Part shown: in pieces, positions 13,425 through 26,607 of the stretch
Layout of the letters: each line of letters opens with the position of its first letter
Position numbering within the stretch: the first letter of the stretch is position 1
Assembly (NCBI GenBank): GCA_000004695.1
Contig: CM000153.2
Location: 5,216,001 to 5,280,000 of the forward strand
Origin: Dictyostelium discoideum
Lineage: Eukaryota
DNA length: 64,000 bases
Direction of reading: 5' to 3'
Notes under the pieces: generated by a model
Databases searched by the model: none
Seen by the model: only the letters and a program-made list of their open reading frames with translations
Told to the model about the DNA's origin: nothing
Translations under genes and position numbers: made by a program

Positions 13425-14383
13425 CGCCACCTTTAGATTTTAATTTTTAAAATATTAAAATCTGATAATAATCTTAAAACATTATGATGATCATTCCATG
13501 TTTTATCACTCCCTCTTTCAACTGGTTTTCAGATTGCACCAATTTATTAAAATTACCAAATTTTTTTTTAACCATAAGAAGTTAAAGATGAAACTGGAAT
13601 CCATGCTTTAGTCTTTGAAATTATTAAATATTCTACCAATAGTTTACCACATTGATTTTCTAAATCTGGATTGTACTATTCATTTAGTGAGAATTAACCA
13701 AACCCATTAGCACACTAATAAACCTTTGGTCCATGGTTGGATCTTTAATGAATTTGACAACAACTTGTTCACGTTTTTAATGGATTTTGGCTTTTTAACA
13801 TTTAACATTAGTTGCTTAATCTGTCAACTTTTCACTTTTTGATTTTAAATTGAGGTTCTGCCAATAACATACTTTAAGTTGATCACCATCACCTTTGAGA
13901 AAATTCACGTTATCACTGAGACATGTTAAGTTAGACGATGGTCTTTGATACTCATCCAATCCAGTAGTTTTTCGGACCACTGATTGATGATTTGAAGTTT
14001 GACTTCCACATCCTTACCATTTACCACTATGACCTGATAATCTGAGGTTCTGATGTGTTCTGCAAGATCTGTCTTCAGCGAGAGCAGTCTCCATACTATT
14101 CATCTCTACCAAATCAGCATCTATAGGGCTGCCACTTACTCAATCTTCACTATGATCCGTTCTCTCAAAAGAATCTTTGTTGATCCCTTTGGTATTGAAC
14201 TATTGGGCTTATGAGACCTACGCTCTATCAACTGAGCCAACACGGCATGTTGATGTTTTTTTTTTTTTTTTTTTTTTAAAAATTTATTTTTATAAAATTA
14301 GTACAAAATAAAAAGGTAATTTACAAGTTATATATTTATTCTTTTAGTTATTTATATTTTTCTAAATCTTTGAGAAGCTACCA

Positions 14384-14801
14384 TGTTGAACATTAACACA
14401 ATAATTTAACATAAATAATATAAAAATAAATAAATAATTAAAATACTCGCCTAAATTTTTGCTCATGTTAGGTTAAGAATCTTTTAATAGAAAAATATAA
14501 TAAAATTAAATAAATAAATATATAAGTTGATGTTTTATCGATAATCCTAAAATTTATTATTTATGTTGTTTTATAGTTGAAAATTTCTACTTTTTATATT
14601 TGAGATTTAAAATTATGTTTATGAGTTTTTCAATCGACATTTAAAACTCACCACGTGACTTTTTCCCACCTAGGTGAGAAAAGTCTAATTATATAAACAT
14701 AAATTATTCTAGTTTGTGAGCGAGATTGTATCTAATTTAATATCTTGATAAAACATAATTTTATTGTAACAATTTAATTATTACATAATTATATTACAAC
14801 A
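14384..14801 (-). repeat. 5' LTR of the element (418 bp, carries an 85-bp insertion)
   Basis: Aligns to 13092..13424. The PBS-like TGGTAGC abuts its inner end. Confidence 0.8.
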
Positions 14802-15259
14802 GCAGATGGAAATTTTATTTTTTTTTATTTTATTTTATTTTATTTAATTTTATTTTTTTTTTATTAAAAAAATGTTTTTGTATTCTTTTTTTGGTAAAAT
14901 CTCAAATTCTCATTTGGAATTATGTATTTTTTCTTTTTTATATTTTTTTTTAAATGTGTATAAAAGGTGTTGATGATTATTTTTTTTATTTTAAAAGTCC
15001 CCGTCATCTATAAAATTTAGAAAGAATGATATCAAATGTAAACTCACCTCAACCTCCCTCACAATTTATTGACGATGGATATTTAGTATTAAGTGAAATA
15101 AACATATGTGATGATTGTTCAAAAAACCAGGAAAATGAAAATGGTAAACACACATTTTATTATATTATAAATACTTTTAAAAATAAATTATTTTTTTTAA
15201 TCTATATCATTTTAATTAATTTCATTTTTATTAATATCATTTTCTTTAATATTATTTAC

Positions 15260-15452
<193 letters not shown>

Positions 15453-15469
15453 TTATTAAACTATATAAA

Positions 15470-16536
15470 ATGAATTTAGAATTAAAAAATATCAAAGAAA
15501 TATTGGATAAACTTACAAAAGGTAATTTTTTATTTATCATTTTTTTTTTTTTTTATTTTTAAAAAATCATATTAATTTAAAATTAACACAATTAATAATA
15601 CATGTAGATTTAAATGCACTTGAAAATAATTTTAATTCTAGATTAAATACACTTGAAAATAATTTTAATTCTAGATTAGATACACTTGAAAATAATTTTA
15701 TTTATTTTAAAAAAGGTATTATTTTACAATTATTATATTTATTTGTTTCTTCTTTATTTATTTATTTATAACTTATTAACTGGATTTATTTTACTGAATA
15801 TTCATTAATAGCAATTGTAGATGAAAAAATAATAATTAGTAAAGTTGGTAAATCTGAATTAATGTTATTGGGATTGGACAATAATTTTAAAATCAAAAAA
15901 ATTAATCAGCCATCAATTTCCCAACAACAACTTATGGAATTAAAATCATTTAATGTATTTGAATGGAAAGAAAATGAAAAATACTATGAATCCACAATGG
16001 ATATCAATAATTATTTTCATTATATCATTGATCAAGAAACTGAAGATATGGAAAATATGTACTTGTCAAATATTTCAAATCAACATACTGCTTTAAAATG
16101 CCAAGTTGGTGATATAGAATTGTCTGGTTCAGGAGATTATTTATTAGTAATTAATGGAAAAGGAAATCCTGAAAAAAGATTTAAATTGGATTTAGATTAT
16201 GTTAAAAATCCTTCAAATTTCGAGTTTGATAACGTTTATCTTGGTTTTGAAATTAAATCAACATCTACAATTAATGAATTTCAAGGAATTGCCGAATTAA
16301 TTGCAATTACAAGAAAATCAAACGGTTTGCACCCAATTCTCCACATTTCAACAAATTTTAATGATAATTATATATTTTCATTTTGGGATATTGAAGGTAA
16401 TGTAAATTGGGTAAAAATCGAAAGAAAATCGGCAATTAATTTAATTCAAAGTTTTGTTTTAAAATCAAAAGAATTTCCAAAAGAAAATTTTTACAATATC
16501 AATGGTATTAATATGTATTCTAAATCATTACAATAA
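15470..16536 (+). CDS. hypothetical protein (about 294 aa) with a short repeated LENNFNSRL(N/D)T coiled-coil-like motif
   Basis: join(15470..15521, 15608..15715, 15812..16536). Intron 1 is GTAATT at 15522 to catgtag at 15607. Intron 2 is GTATTA at 15716 to ttaatag at 15811. Both are phase 1 and the frame continues into track ORF 15862..16536. A possible upstream coding exon at 15026..15143 is described in the findings. Confidence 0.55.
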
Positions 16537-16692
16537 TGTTATTTTATTGTATTTTTTTTATATATCTCAAGAATAATAATTTTCCCAAATGATTTAAGTA
16601 AAAAAATATTAATTAAAAAAAAACAACAATAAAACCTTTTGTTTCTCTTTGATTTTATTTAATTGTTTTAATAAACAAAAAAATAAAATTAG

Positions 16693-16725
<33 letters not shown>

Positions 16726-16784
16726 AATCTAAAATGGCATTTACAACAAAAATAATTTATTTTTATTAATTTTTTTTTTTATTC

Positions 16785-19065
16785 TTAATTATTATTATTA
16801 AAATAAATTTGGAATTTACTACCAAAAGTTAAATAAATTGGGTCCAATGTATTTAAAATAATATTATCATATTCGGTTGATAATAAAGTTAAATAAACAG
16901 ATGGATTAAATGTTAACATTTCAAAAGTGATAGTAGTTTGATTCCAACCAACATTGAATGTTGATCCTATATAATTCATTGATCTAATTTTAAGACTTGT
17001 TGTACCTTCTGGTAATTGAGGATAGAAATCCAAATTGCCTTGATGAATTCTAACTCCACCATAACCAAACATAAGACCTTGAAGGAATCCACCTAAAATA
17101 TATGAATATATATTAGTTTATGTTATAATTTTTATACTATAGTATTTACATTTATTACTTACCCATTCCTGTAGCAAAGTTAACAGCTCCACCAGTTGGA
17201 GTTTCAGTCCATACTAAGAATGGAGAGTTATTACAATTATTATAAGAACGAAACCATTGTTTAGTTGCATTTTCAAGACTTTCCAATTCTAACCATGCAA
17301 CGGTATGCATTGAATAAGTCATTGCAGGACCACTATTTGTTGTAACTGCTTCATAATAAATTAAATCATTCTTTCTAGCTTCTTTACTCATATTATACAT
17401 TAAAGGGAAACCTAATAAAACCACATCAGCTTGTTTGATAGTTTCACCATTATAACCTTGATACTCTGGATGCCATTGATTAACCTCATCAAATAAAATC
17501 ACTAAACCATTTGCAATTGATGACCAATGTTCAAATGGAATATTCTCTGTATCATTAATCAATGTTGCTACCTCAATTACCCATTCAAATGTCATTTTAA
17601 CAGCAACATTTGTATAAACTGAATTATTAACACCAACTGCATATTCATCTGGTGGAATAATAGTATTGATAGAATATTGTTGATTTAATTGATCATATTC
17701 AACTCTACTTGCCCAAAATTCTGCAATACCTTTAAGTGCTTTATAACCAAAATCAATTAACCAATCTAAATCACCTGTTAAATAATAATATTGTCTAATT
17801 GCTAATGCTATATCTGCTGTTATATGTTGTTCTAAAATACCCTATATAAATTTATAATTTATAATTAATATAAATTTATAAAATTTTAAATATAATATAT
17901 ATATATTACTTACAGTTGGAGCAAAAGTTGGACAAACTTCTATTCCAGTGAAAGCACTCTCCCATGGAAACATAAAACCAGTATAATTATTTGATTTATA
18001 ACTTAAAGCTTTTTCATGAGCACCTGGTAAATTATTGATACGATATTGTAAAAGACAATCTCTTACAAGTTTTGGATTTAATAAAAGTATTGGTGGAAGC
18101 ATCCAAGTTTCAGTATCCCAAAATGAATGACCATTATAACCATCAGATGCTAAACCACCTGGTGACATACCATATGACCAATCATCTCTAATTGATGAAA
18201 ATAAATAATACAATGAGGAATTTACAACTTGTTGTAAATGTGAATCTCCACCAACTTCAATACCAGATATCCAAATTTTATTCCATTCATCTAAATGACT
18301 CTTGATCAATTGATCAGCTAAAAGAAATGTTGTTTTATAAATATCTAAACTACCTTCGATATAATCATTTGTTTCAATATTTGTTAAAAATGAGGTGACA
18401 TAATGATGTTTCTTTTTCTCACCACTTTTAATTGTAATTGATTGAGGTATGGTTGTAGTTGTGACGGCCACTGATGTCATAAAATTAACTTCTGGCACTT
18501 TAATAGTAAGATTATACAATTGATAATCATTACCTGTGAATTGAGTATTTGTTAAATTTAAAATATTGAAATCAACATTTGCTGTAAGATTAATACCAAC
18601 AACACTCAATTGTAATGTGACATCTGTTTCAATATTACTATTATCAACTTCAATCTCTTGTACTAAAATATTTCTAATTTTTTGATGAGCATAAAAAATT
18701 TGTTTAACAATTGTACCTGGTGATGATGGAATTGAATAAACTCTAGTATAGGTTGCATTCTCTATATCTAAACCTGCATATTGAAATTGAGCATTACTGA
18801 TTTCAATATTTTGAAAATTTGGTATACCTGCTCTATGAGATGGTAAATTATTTGCATCTCCTAAATTTATAGCTGGTCCATTATACACACCACCAACATA
18901 TATTGATTCACCACCAATTACAAATGCAACATATCCATTACCAACATTTGTCATCAAATAATTAGTTGGTTCTTGTTCACCATTTGAAATTGATAATAAA
19001 TTACCTGCTTCAACTCTTTCATTCCACCATTGTGGTGGTTGTAAATATTCTTGTGAATTAATAAT
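16785..19065 (-). CDS. glycoside hydrolase family 65 protein (acid trehalase-like / PGGHG-ATHL1 homologue); 5' end not resolved
   Basis: join(16785..17092, 17163..17841, 17914..19065) on the minus strand. The intron donors are GTAAGT after ...CPTFAPT (17913) and GTAAGT after ...TGMG (17162). The acceptors are tatatag (17842) and ttttag (17093). Conserved GH65 motifs are present: N-terminal NGYVAFVIGG...VYNG and catalytic GHSFWDTETWM. It aligns by eye to human PGGHG (VNNSVYTN, QADVVLLG, TSPQGPAMTWSM, GGAVNFLTGMGGFLQ). The exon beginning at 19065 follows a cag acceptor after a T50 tract, so at least one short 5' exon is missing. Confidence 0.75.
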
Positions 19066-19068
19066 CTG

Positions 19069-19123
<55 letters not shown>

Positions 19124-19944
19124 ATTAGTATTTGAAACTAAATTTTATTTTTTATCTTTCACCTAAAAAAAAAAAAAAGCATACAGATATTAAAACAATT
19201 ATAATAAATAATTTAATAATAATATTATTTTCATTTTATTAATAACCGATTATTGGTAACCAATAAAAAAAAAAAAAAAAATAAAATCTTTTTAACAACT
19301 TTTTTTGATTGGTTTTTTTTTTTTTTCAACCAGGAAAAAAAAAAAAAAATAAAATAAAATAAAAATAAATTAAAATTAAGATAATGGAATTTGGGATTTT
19401 ATAAAAAATTTAAAAAAAATATTTATTCGTAAATGGTATTTTTTGGGCGAAATCAAAATTATCCTAACACCAATACCATTGCTATTATTACTATTTTTTT
19501 TTTTTTTTTAATAATTATTAAATGGTGTTATTATTACAAGTGGACTTTTACCAATTAAAATAAAAAAGAGAAAAAAAACAAAAAAAAAAAAAATAAGAAA
19601 ATAAAAAAAAAAAATTTAATTTGATATTATTATACATTTAGATATGATATAATCAAAACAATGATTTGATTATATGATATATTTGTTATTTTGCTTTTAT
19701 TATAATAAATAATAATCACTTTTTAAAGAAAAAAAATAAATAAAAAAAATAAAAAAAAAGAGTGATATAATTTTGGTAAAGGTGTAGTGTGCTATTTACT
19801 GTGGTTGTTGTTGTTGTTGTTGTTGTTGTTATTGAGTAGTTTGATTTGTGAAGGGGTATGTGTGTATAATGTATAAAGTTGGTTTCTTTAAAATATTATT
19901 TCATTTTTTATATGGATTTTATGTGAGTGTGTATAGATAAATAT

Positions 19945-20851
19945 TTAAGCGGTTGAATTATTATTACCACCTCTACCACCTCTTGAACTACCTCTAAAAT
20001 CTCCTCTACCACCTCTTGAACTTCCTCTATATTCACCTCTACCTCTACCTGCTGGTGATGAGTCGCCACCACCACTATTATTATTACCACCACCTCTACC
20101 ACCTCTATAACTATTATCACCTCTACCTCTACCAGATGCATCACCTCTACCTCTACCAGCGAAACCATCACCTCTACCTCTACCTCTATTACTATCATTT
20201 CTTTGTTGATATGTAGTTCTTAAAGTTTGTTCTTCTTCTGCTACTAAATCTATAATCTATTCAAACATTATAAAAAAGTTAGTAAATAATCATCCCCACA
20301 TAATAATTATTATTATATATTATTGATTGATTTTGTTCAATATTGAACAAGTTATGTACATACTTCATCAGGAACCGATATGTATTTAATTGTATTTCCT
20401 CTAATATAACATGATTGAATTTTCCAAAATTTATCAGAGTCTTTTGAGGTTCTAATAACATTTTTTAAATTTATGTTCATCCAATTATCGCAATTTACTA
20501 AAAGTCCATTATATGTTTCGCCATTCTTAAGTTCCACCATCTGAATAAAAAAAGTAATAATAAATTAATAAATAATTTAAAATGTTAGTAATGATGATGT
20601 GGCAGTGGTGGTAGTGGTGACAATATTTATATGATTTGGTTTTTATTATTATATAAAGAGAGTAGTTATGATGTGTTAACACTTACAATTTGGTGACCTT
20701 GACCTGTTCTTAATAATGAAAGTGGTAACTAATATAAATAATAATAAAAAATTAGTATTACAATATTGTAAAATTTTTAAAAAAAAATTAATAGTATATA
20801 TATATATATATATTTAAATGAATGAATTAACAAAATCGAATAATTTACCAT
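19945..20851 (-). CDS. lsm4: U6 snRNA-associated Sm-like protein LSm4, with a C-terminal RG/RGG-rich tail
   Basis: join(19945..20256, 20364..20540, 20687..20728, 20849..20851) on the minus strand. Exon 0 is the ATG alone, followed directly by GTAAAT. Exon 1 gives [14 protein letters not shown]. Exon 2 gives [59 protein letters not shown], the Sm fold that matches the LSm4 consensus. Exon 3 gives [10 protein letters not shown]... followed by (RGRG)n. About 177 aa. Track ORF 19908..20198 (minus) is the wrong frame over the RG tail. Confidence 0.8.
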
Positions 20852-21173
20852 TGCTAATTTGAAGAAATAATGTTTATTTCTTTTTTTTTTTTTTTTTTTG
20901 AAATCAAATGAAATGAAAAAAAATTAAAAAAAATTAAAAAAAAAAAAAAACAAAATTTTTAATTTTTTAATTTTTTTTATTTTTTTTATTTTTTTTTTTC
21001 CTCAATTCGATCTTCATTATCGTATGATGTTCAAAATTCCAAAAATGGATAAATCATATCAAACCAAATCAAATCAAATAATATTAAATCAAATCAAATA
21101 AAATCCAATATAATCTAAGATAATCAAATTTTTTATCAATATTTTATTGATTTTTTTTATTTTTTTTTTACAA

Positions 21174-21440
21174 TCAATTTGAAACAAAATAGGTTTGGTC
21201 CAATTTAATTGTACTAATGATATTATGCATAGAGTTTAAAAGGGAATAAGAAATTGATTTACCATCTTGATCTAATAATAAAACATATGTTGGATTTCTT
21301 GGTGATTCGTCATCTTTTTTAATTTCTTGGATTGATAAATATCTATCATCTTTTGGTTTTAATGAAAGATCTAAATCTAAAAATAATAAAATAATAAAAA
21401 AAAGTTTTATAAAAAAAAATAAAATTTTATAAATTAATAT

Positions 21441-21493
<53 letters not shown>

Positions 21494-23164
21494 TTTAAAA
21501 TACTTACCCCATAATTTAATTGATAAAATAAAGTTAAATTTAAAATCAAATAAATAAAACTTTTGAGTTGAAATTACTAAATAGTAAGGTGTTTTCTTTT
21601 CATCATAAACCTTGAAATGAATTATATACCATTCTTTTGAAGAGAGTAATGATTGATGAGTGTTTGTAGTTTTAATAACTTGTTGAAGGAAAGATTTTTC
21701 AAATGAAAATGGTTTAATGATTGCATCAGGACCGATGAATCTTGGTGGTCTTGAACGTGATTTACTAGAGGCAGGATCCAAATAAGAGTTTCTAATACCT
21801 TGTGTTGCAGCATTAATCATATCGATAGCACCAACAGTTGGTTTTACAACTGTACCTAAAATTCCTTTACCAAATCCTTTAACCAAACCAGAGAAACCTT
21901 GATCTTGAAACTCTTTAACCGGTTGATCGAATAGACCCGATAAACCATGTGCCAAACCTTGAGTGAACCTTCCAATACCATTTGAAACACCATCGATTGC
22001 ATGTTTTGGTTGAGTATGACGATCCCTCTGAGCAAGATAATTTTCATCCATTGAGAACGGCGCAATAGCTGAACCAACGGTATTTGTTAATTTACTAGCA
22101 GAATTGAAAATACCATAGATACTATTGGATACTAAACTTTTAGTACCTTTAACTAAACCTTTTCCAAAGTTTTCCGGATTATTTAAACCTTCCTTACTTT
22201 CATAAATGAAATCATTGATACCACGAGTGATGTTTTCAACCAACGATAATGGAGCACCAAACACATCAGAGTATAATAAAATCTTTGATACCTCCCATTT
22301 ATAATGAGAAAACAATGATAATGCCAATGCATTTGCAGTAACGAATTGATGTTCCAATTTCCATGAACCTAAATGTAAACTTGCTTTATCAATATTTGCA
22401 ATGGTTGAAAATACAGATGCCCATGGTCCAATCAATGGTCTTGAATGTGGTGATAAACAATAACTAATTGTAACATCAACCAATGGTAAATTTAAAACTT
22501 CAATATATAACCTCTTTGAATCAATAGAATGTGGTATTGGTAAATTTGAATATGGTAATTTAATTGATTTTATAATTTTACCATCATTTTTTTCTTTTTC
22601 ATCATATTCATCGATATTATTAAAATCATTATTTTGATTATTATTATTTTGATTATTATTATTATTTTGATTATTAGGTAATTTAATTGATTTAATAAAA
22701 TTATATAAATGAAATAAAATTGTTTCATCAATTTCAACATCAAAGGGTTGAATATCAAAATTTAATTCTTTTATATATTCAATACCAACTTGATGTAATT
22801 CTTTTGGTTGATATTGACCTGAACGTATTAATGATACATTAAAAGAATGTTTAGTTGGTTTTAGATTATTGGAATTATAAGATTGAATCATTACTGGATA
22901 AGGTGTATGATATAGTTGATTATCAACTTTAAAAGAATGAATTGATAAATTTATATTTTGTTCTGTTGAATATTGCTTAAATCTAAGTTGTAAACCTCTC
23001 AAGGTTATATACATCAATTCCTTTGGATGACCATCAATTAATGAAACACTAATACCACCAATACAAATTTCAAAATTTAAATTATTATTATTTTGATTAT
23101 TATTATTTTGATTATTATTATTTTGATTATTATTATTATTATTATCTTTTGTTACTGAATTTAA

Positions 23165-23206
<42 letters not shown>

Positions 23207-24470
23207 TAATGTTTTTGAAATTGAATTATGATCATTTAAATCTGTTAAACGTAATATATTTGTTGGACCATTAGCAATGATATCTAATTTAATATCTAAA
23301 GTTTTGTTTGAATGTTTAACTTGATATGGTTGATGATATTGTAATTTATCTAAAGAAACACTCTTTTTATAGTTTGTATTTGGAATTGTAATACCTAAAC
23401 GTTTTGTACCCATTGGATTTGACCAAACATATCTTTTGGATTGATTTGAAAAGATAGGAATTGGTTGTTCATTTGTATCGACTTGGTGGATTGCAATTGG
23501 TACTGATATTAAATTTTCAACTCTATAAGGTGGATAATCTTTTGTCTCTGGATTAACAACAACAAAATAAATTCCTTTTTCTTGTACCATTTGAATCATT
23601 GGTAAATAAAATTGATCATCACTACTACCACCACCACCACCATTATTATTATTATTATTACTACTACAATTTGAAAATGCTGAAGATGATGATAAATTTA
23701 ATGGTGAAGTTGAAGATGATGAAATTGATGGTGAAGATGAGTTTGAAGAACCTGAATCACTATCACTATCTTGATCATCATCGATTGGTTTATCCAATTT
23801 AATATTGAATGAAATTGATTTATTAATATTGAAACAACCAGACCAATCATTATTTGGTGATAATCTAAAGGCAATCTTTTTTAATAATTGATCATCAAAA
23901 AAGTGAAATGGTATGGTTTCATTTGGATTTAAACAATAGTTTTTATAGAGATTAGAATCCTTTTGGCAATAGTATAATGGTTGAGCTAAATTATTAACCA
24001 AAATAAATTGTGGATCTACTGTTATATTTGTTGTTAATGATTCATTTGCAATTGAAGTTGAAATTAAGAATTGTAAAGAAAGTTTAGTAATTTTTGAAGA
24101 TGTTGGTGACTCTTTTTGTTCCTTGATAATTGTAATGGGTTCTTGTTTATTTGGTTGAATCGAAATTGGTTGAGACCATTGAGAATTACCATCAACCTGT
24201 AAAACCAAATATGATGTATTATTACTGGTACCAACATTTGATGGAATTGGTGAAAACATTGATATTTGTGAAATATTTTTATCATTATACCATTTCTTTG
24301 GATCTTTTTTATAATCAATTGTTCCTTGAATTGGTTTAGTTGTTGCTGCTGTTGTCGTTGTGGTAGTTGTTGTTTTATTTTTTGGAGTATTTTTAGTTAA
24401 TAAATTTGAAAATGTTTGTGAATTAAATACGGAAGCTATAATCACAGGTTGATCATGAATTGTATTATTA

Positions 24471-24507
<37 letters not shown>

Positions 24508-26522
24508 CTGATAAATTATTTAATTTAAATGATAAATTTAAACCAATTTGATTTATGATTGAAAAGGTTGGATATAAACAAACATGGATTGAACCAAATA
24601 GTTCATTTTGAAAGATATTAACAAAAAAGGTTTGATCTGAAGTGGTTGAAATCAATTTTCTTGGTTGTTTGTTTATATAATTTTGAGAGGATTGATTAAT
24701 TTGAATAAATCCACTAGAACCAAAACCTTTCATATGAACTTTAATCATTATTAAACGTTCAACATTTACACAATAGATACCTTTGGTTTGATTTTCTTGA
24801 ATACTCTCTTTACCAACGGTTCTATTGGATTCTTGATCATGTAATGTAATATCGATAGGTATAATAAATTGATTATAAATTACCAATGGTGGTACAATTT
24901 TAATTATATGGTTTGTTTTTTGAATTATCCTATTCATTGATGATGATGATTGATTATCTTGATTCTCATCATTCACCATACTATTCTCATAATATTGTTG
25001 ATTACTAATATGATGATAAGAGGGTTGATGCTGAGGAATTGTTCCACCTGTCAATGGATTAATTTGTTGATCTTCCAATTGGAAATTTGATAGATGTTGA
25101 TCAATTTGTAGACAATAAAACTTGTTTGGTGGACAATCAAACAATAATGTACCAGGATGTAATAATCCATTATTACAATTCAAAGGATGAGTCCAACGTT
25201 GTTGATTATTTCCTAGATTTGCAGAGGATGAAAATGATTGATGAATCATTGGTCTAAAACTAAATATCATATCTGTTGTTGATGATGATGAGGAGGAGGA
25301 GGATGATGATGAATTGCCACCACATATAGATAAAGATTTCGATTGTTTTGGTTCTAAAATAAAAGGACATACTTTTCTTAATGTATGTGTAGGTTTATCC
25401 AAATATTCCAATGTATGATCAGTTTCATTTACAATCAAAACATTTGATCTTACAATTAACTCTTTTGTAAAATCTGATACCCTTACTTCAAATACCAATT
25501 GTTGAGATGGTAGTGATTTAGTTGAAGATGATACATTTACTTTTGGTATTAAACTACAAATATAAATTCCAGTTTTATGAATTGGTAAATTTGAAATTGC
25601 TTCAAAACCATCAACAACTATATTAATTCTAAATAATGATATCGATGTTATATCTCTATACTTTTGTGCATTATTAATTGATCTAAATTTATCCTTTTCT
25701 TGATTAGTATTACCATTTGAATATAATGTTTCTTTTAAATCTAAATAAATTTCACCACCATCTTCTAAAATTTTATTTTTAGTTGTTTGAGTTTTGCTTG
25801 AAGTTGTTGGGTTTGAAGTTGAAGTTGAAGTTGAAGTTGAAGTTGAAGTTGAAGTTGAAGTTGAAGTTGAAGTTGAAGTTGAAGTTGAAGTTGAAGTTGT
25901 AGTTGTTGAAGTTGATGGTGATGTCGAAGTTGACAATCCAACAAAATCATTTGATTGAGTATCACCAAAAGAAGATGCACAAATTATTGATATTTGATAT
26001 TGTATCTCTAAACCAGTTTGATTTTTTAAAAGAAAAGGATGATAATTTTGAGATTTGTAATGTTGTAATAAATTATTATTTACGCCAGTTTTATAGCCAA
26101 GATCATAAGCTGATTGTGTTGAATCAGCTTTACTAATATCCATAGCAATCTCTATCAAAGGATATATCGTAGTAAAAGTATCAAACAATGATTTTGTTAT
26201 ATTTAAATTTAATTTCCCACTTGAAGAGATAACAATATTCTTTGATTGATCCTTTGTACCAATCTCTGATGTCTCAATACCAAATTTACAACCCCATTCC
26301 TCTATCATTGGTTCCCAAACTGATTTTGAAACATTGAAATAATTTGCAGCTATAAACATTGCAAATAATACTCTATTTTGTGCAACCTCTACTGAAATAT
26401 CTCTAATTTTTAAATCAATAATACCACAATACTTATTACCATAGTCGTTAATTACTGTTAATTCAACTGATGGTGATTGAAAATTAACTCTTAAAATTTG
26501 TTGTTCTTGTTTTGATTTATCA

Positions 26523-26607
<85 letters not shown>

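Larger units (their letters stand above)
13092..14801 (-). mobile_element. non-autonomous LTR retroelement (TRIM/LARD-like) with a copia-type PBS
   Basis: Direct repeats 13092..13424 and 14384..14801 are about 95% identical apart from an 85-bp indel. They begin TGTTG and end ACAACA. An identical GCAGAT lies immediately outside both ends (13086-13091 and 14802-14807), a 5-6-bp target-site duplication. Read on the minus strand, the right repeat is followed directly by TGGTAGCTTCTC (a PBS-like tRNA 3' complement) and the left repeat is preceded by AAAGGTGGCG (a purine tract). The 959-bp interior (13425..14383) has no ORF of 60 aa or more and is relatively GC-rich. Confidence 0.65.

Noticed and set aside
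14185-14245. tRNA-Met-like sequence (anticodon CAT) inside the LTR element interior
   Set aside because: It has mismatches in the anticodon stem and no recognisable T arm or acceptor 3' strand. It is probably a degenerate tRNA-derived fragment, not a gene. It is kept only as a note within the element finding.
19908-20216. Track ORFs 19908..20198 (minus, VEVEV repeats) and 20016..20216 (plus, HLYLY repeats)
   Set aside because: They are wrong-frame readings of the lsm4 last exon. The correct minus-strand frame gives the RGRG/RGG tail continuous with the Sm domain.
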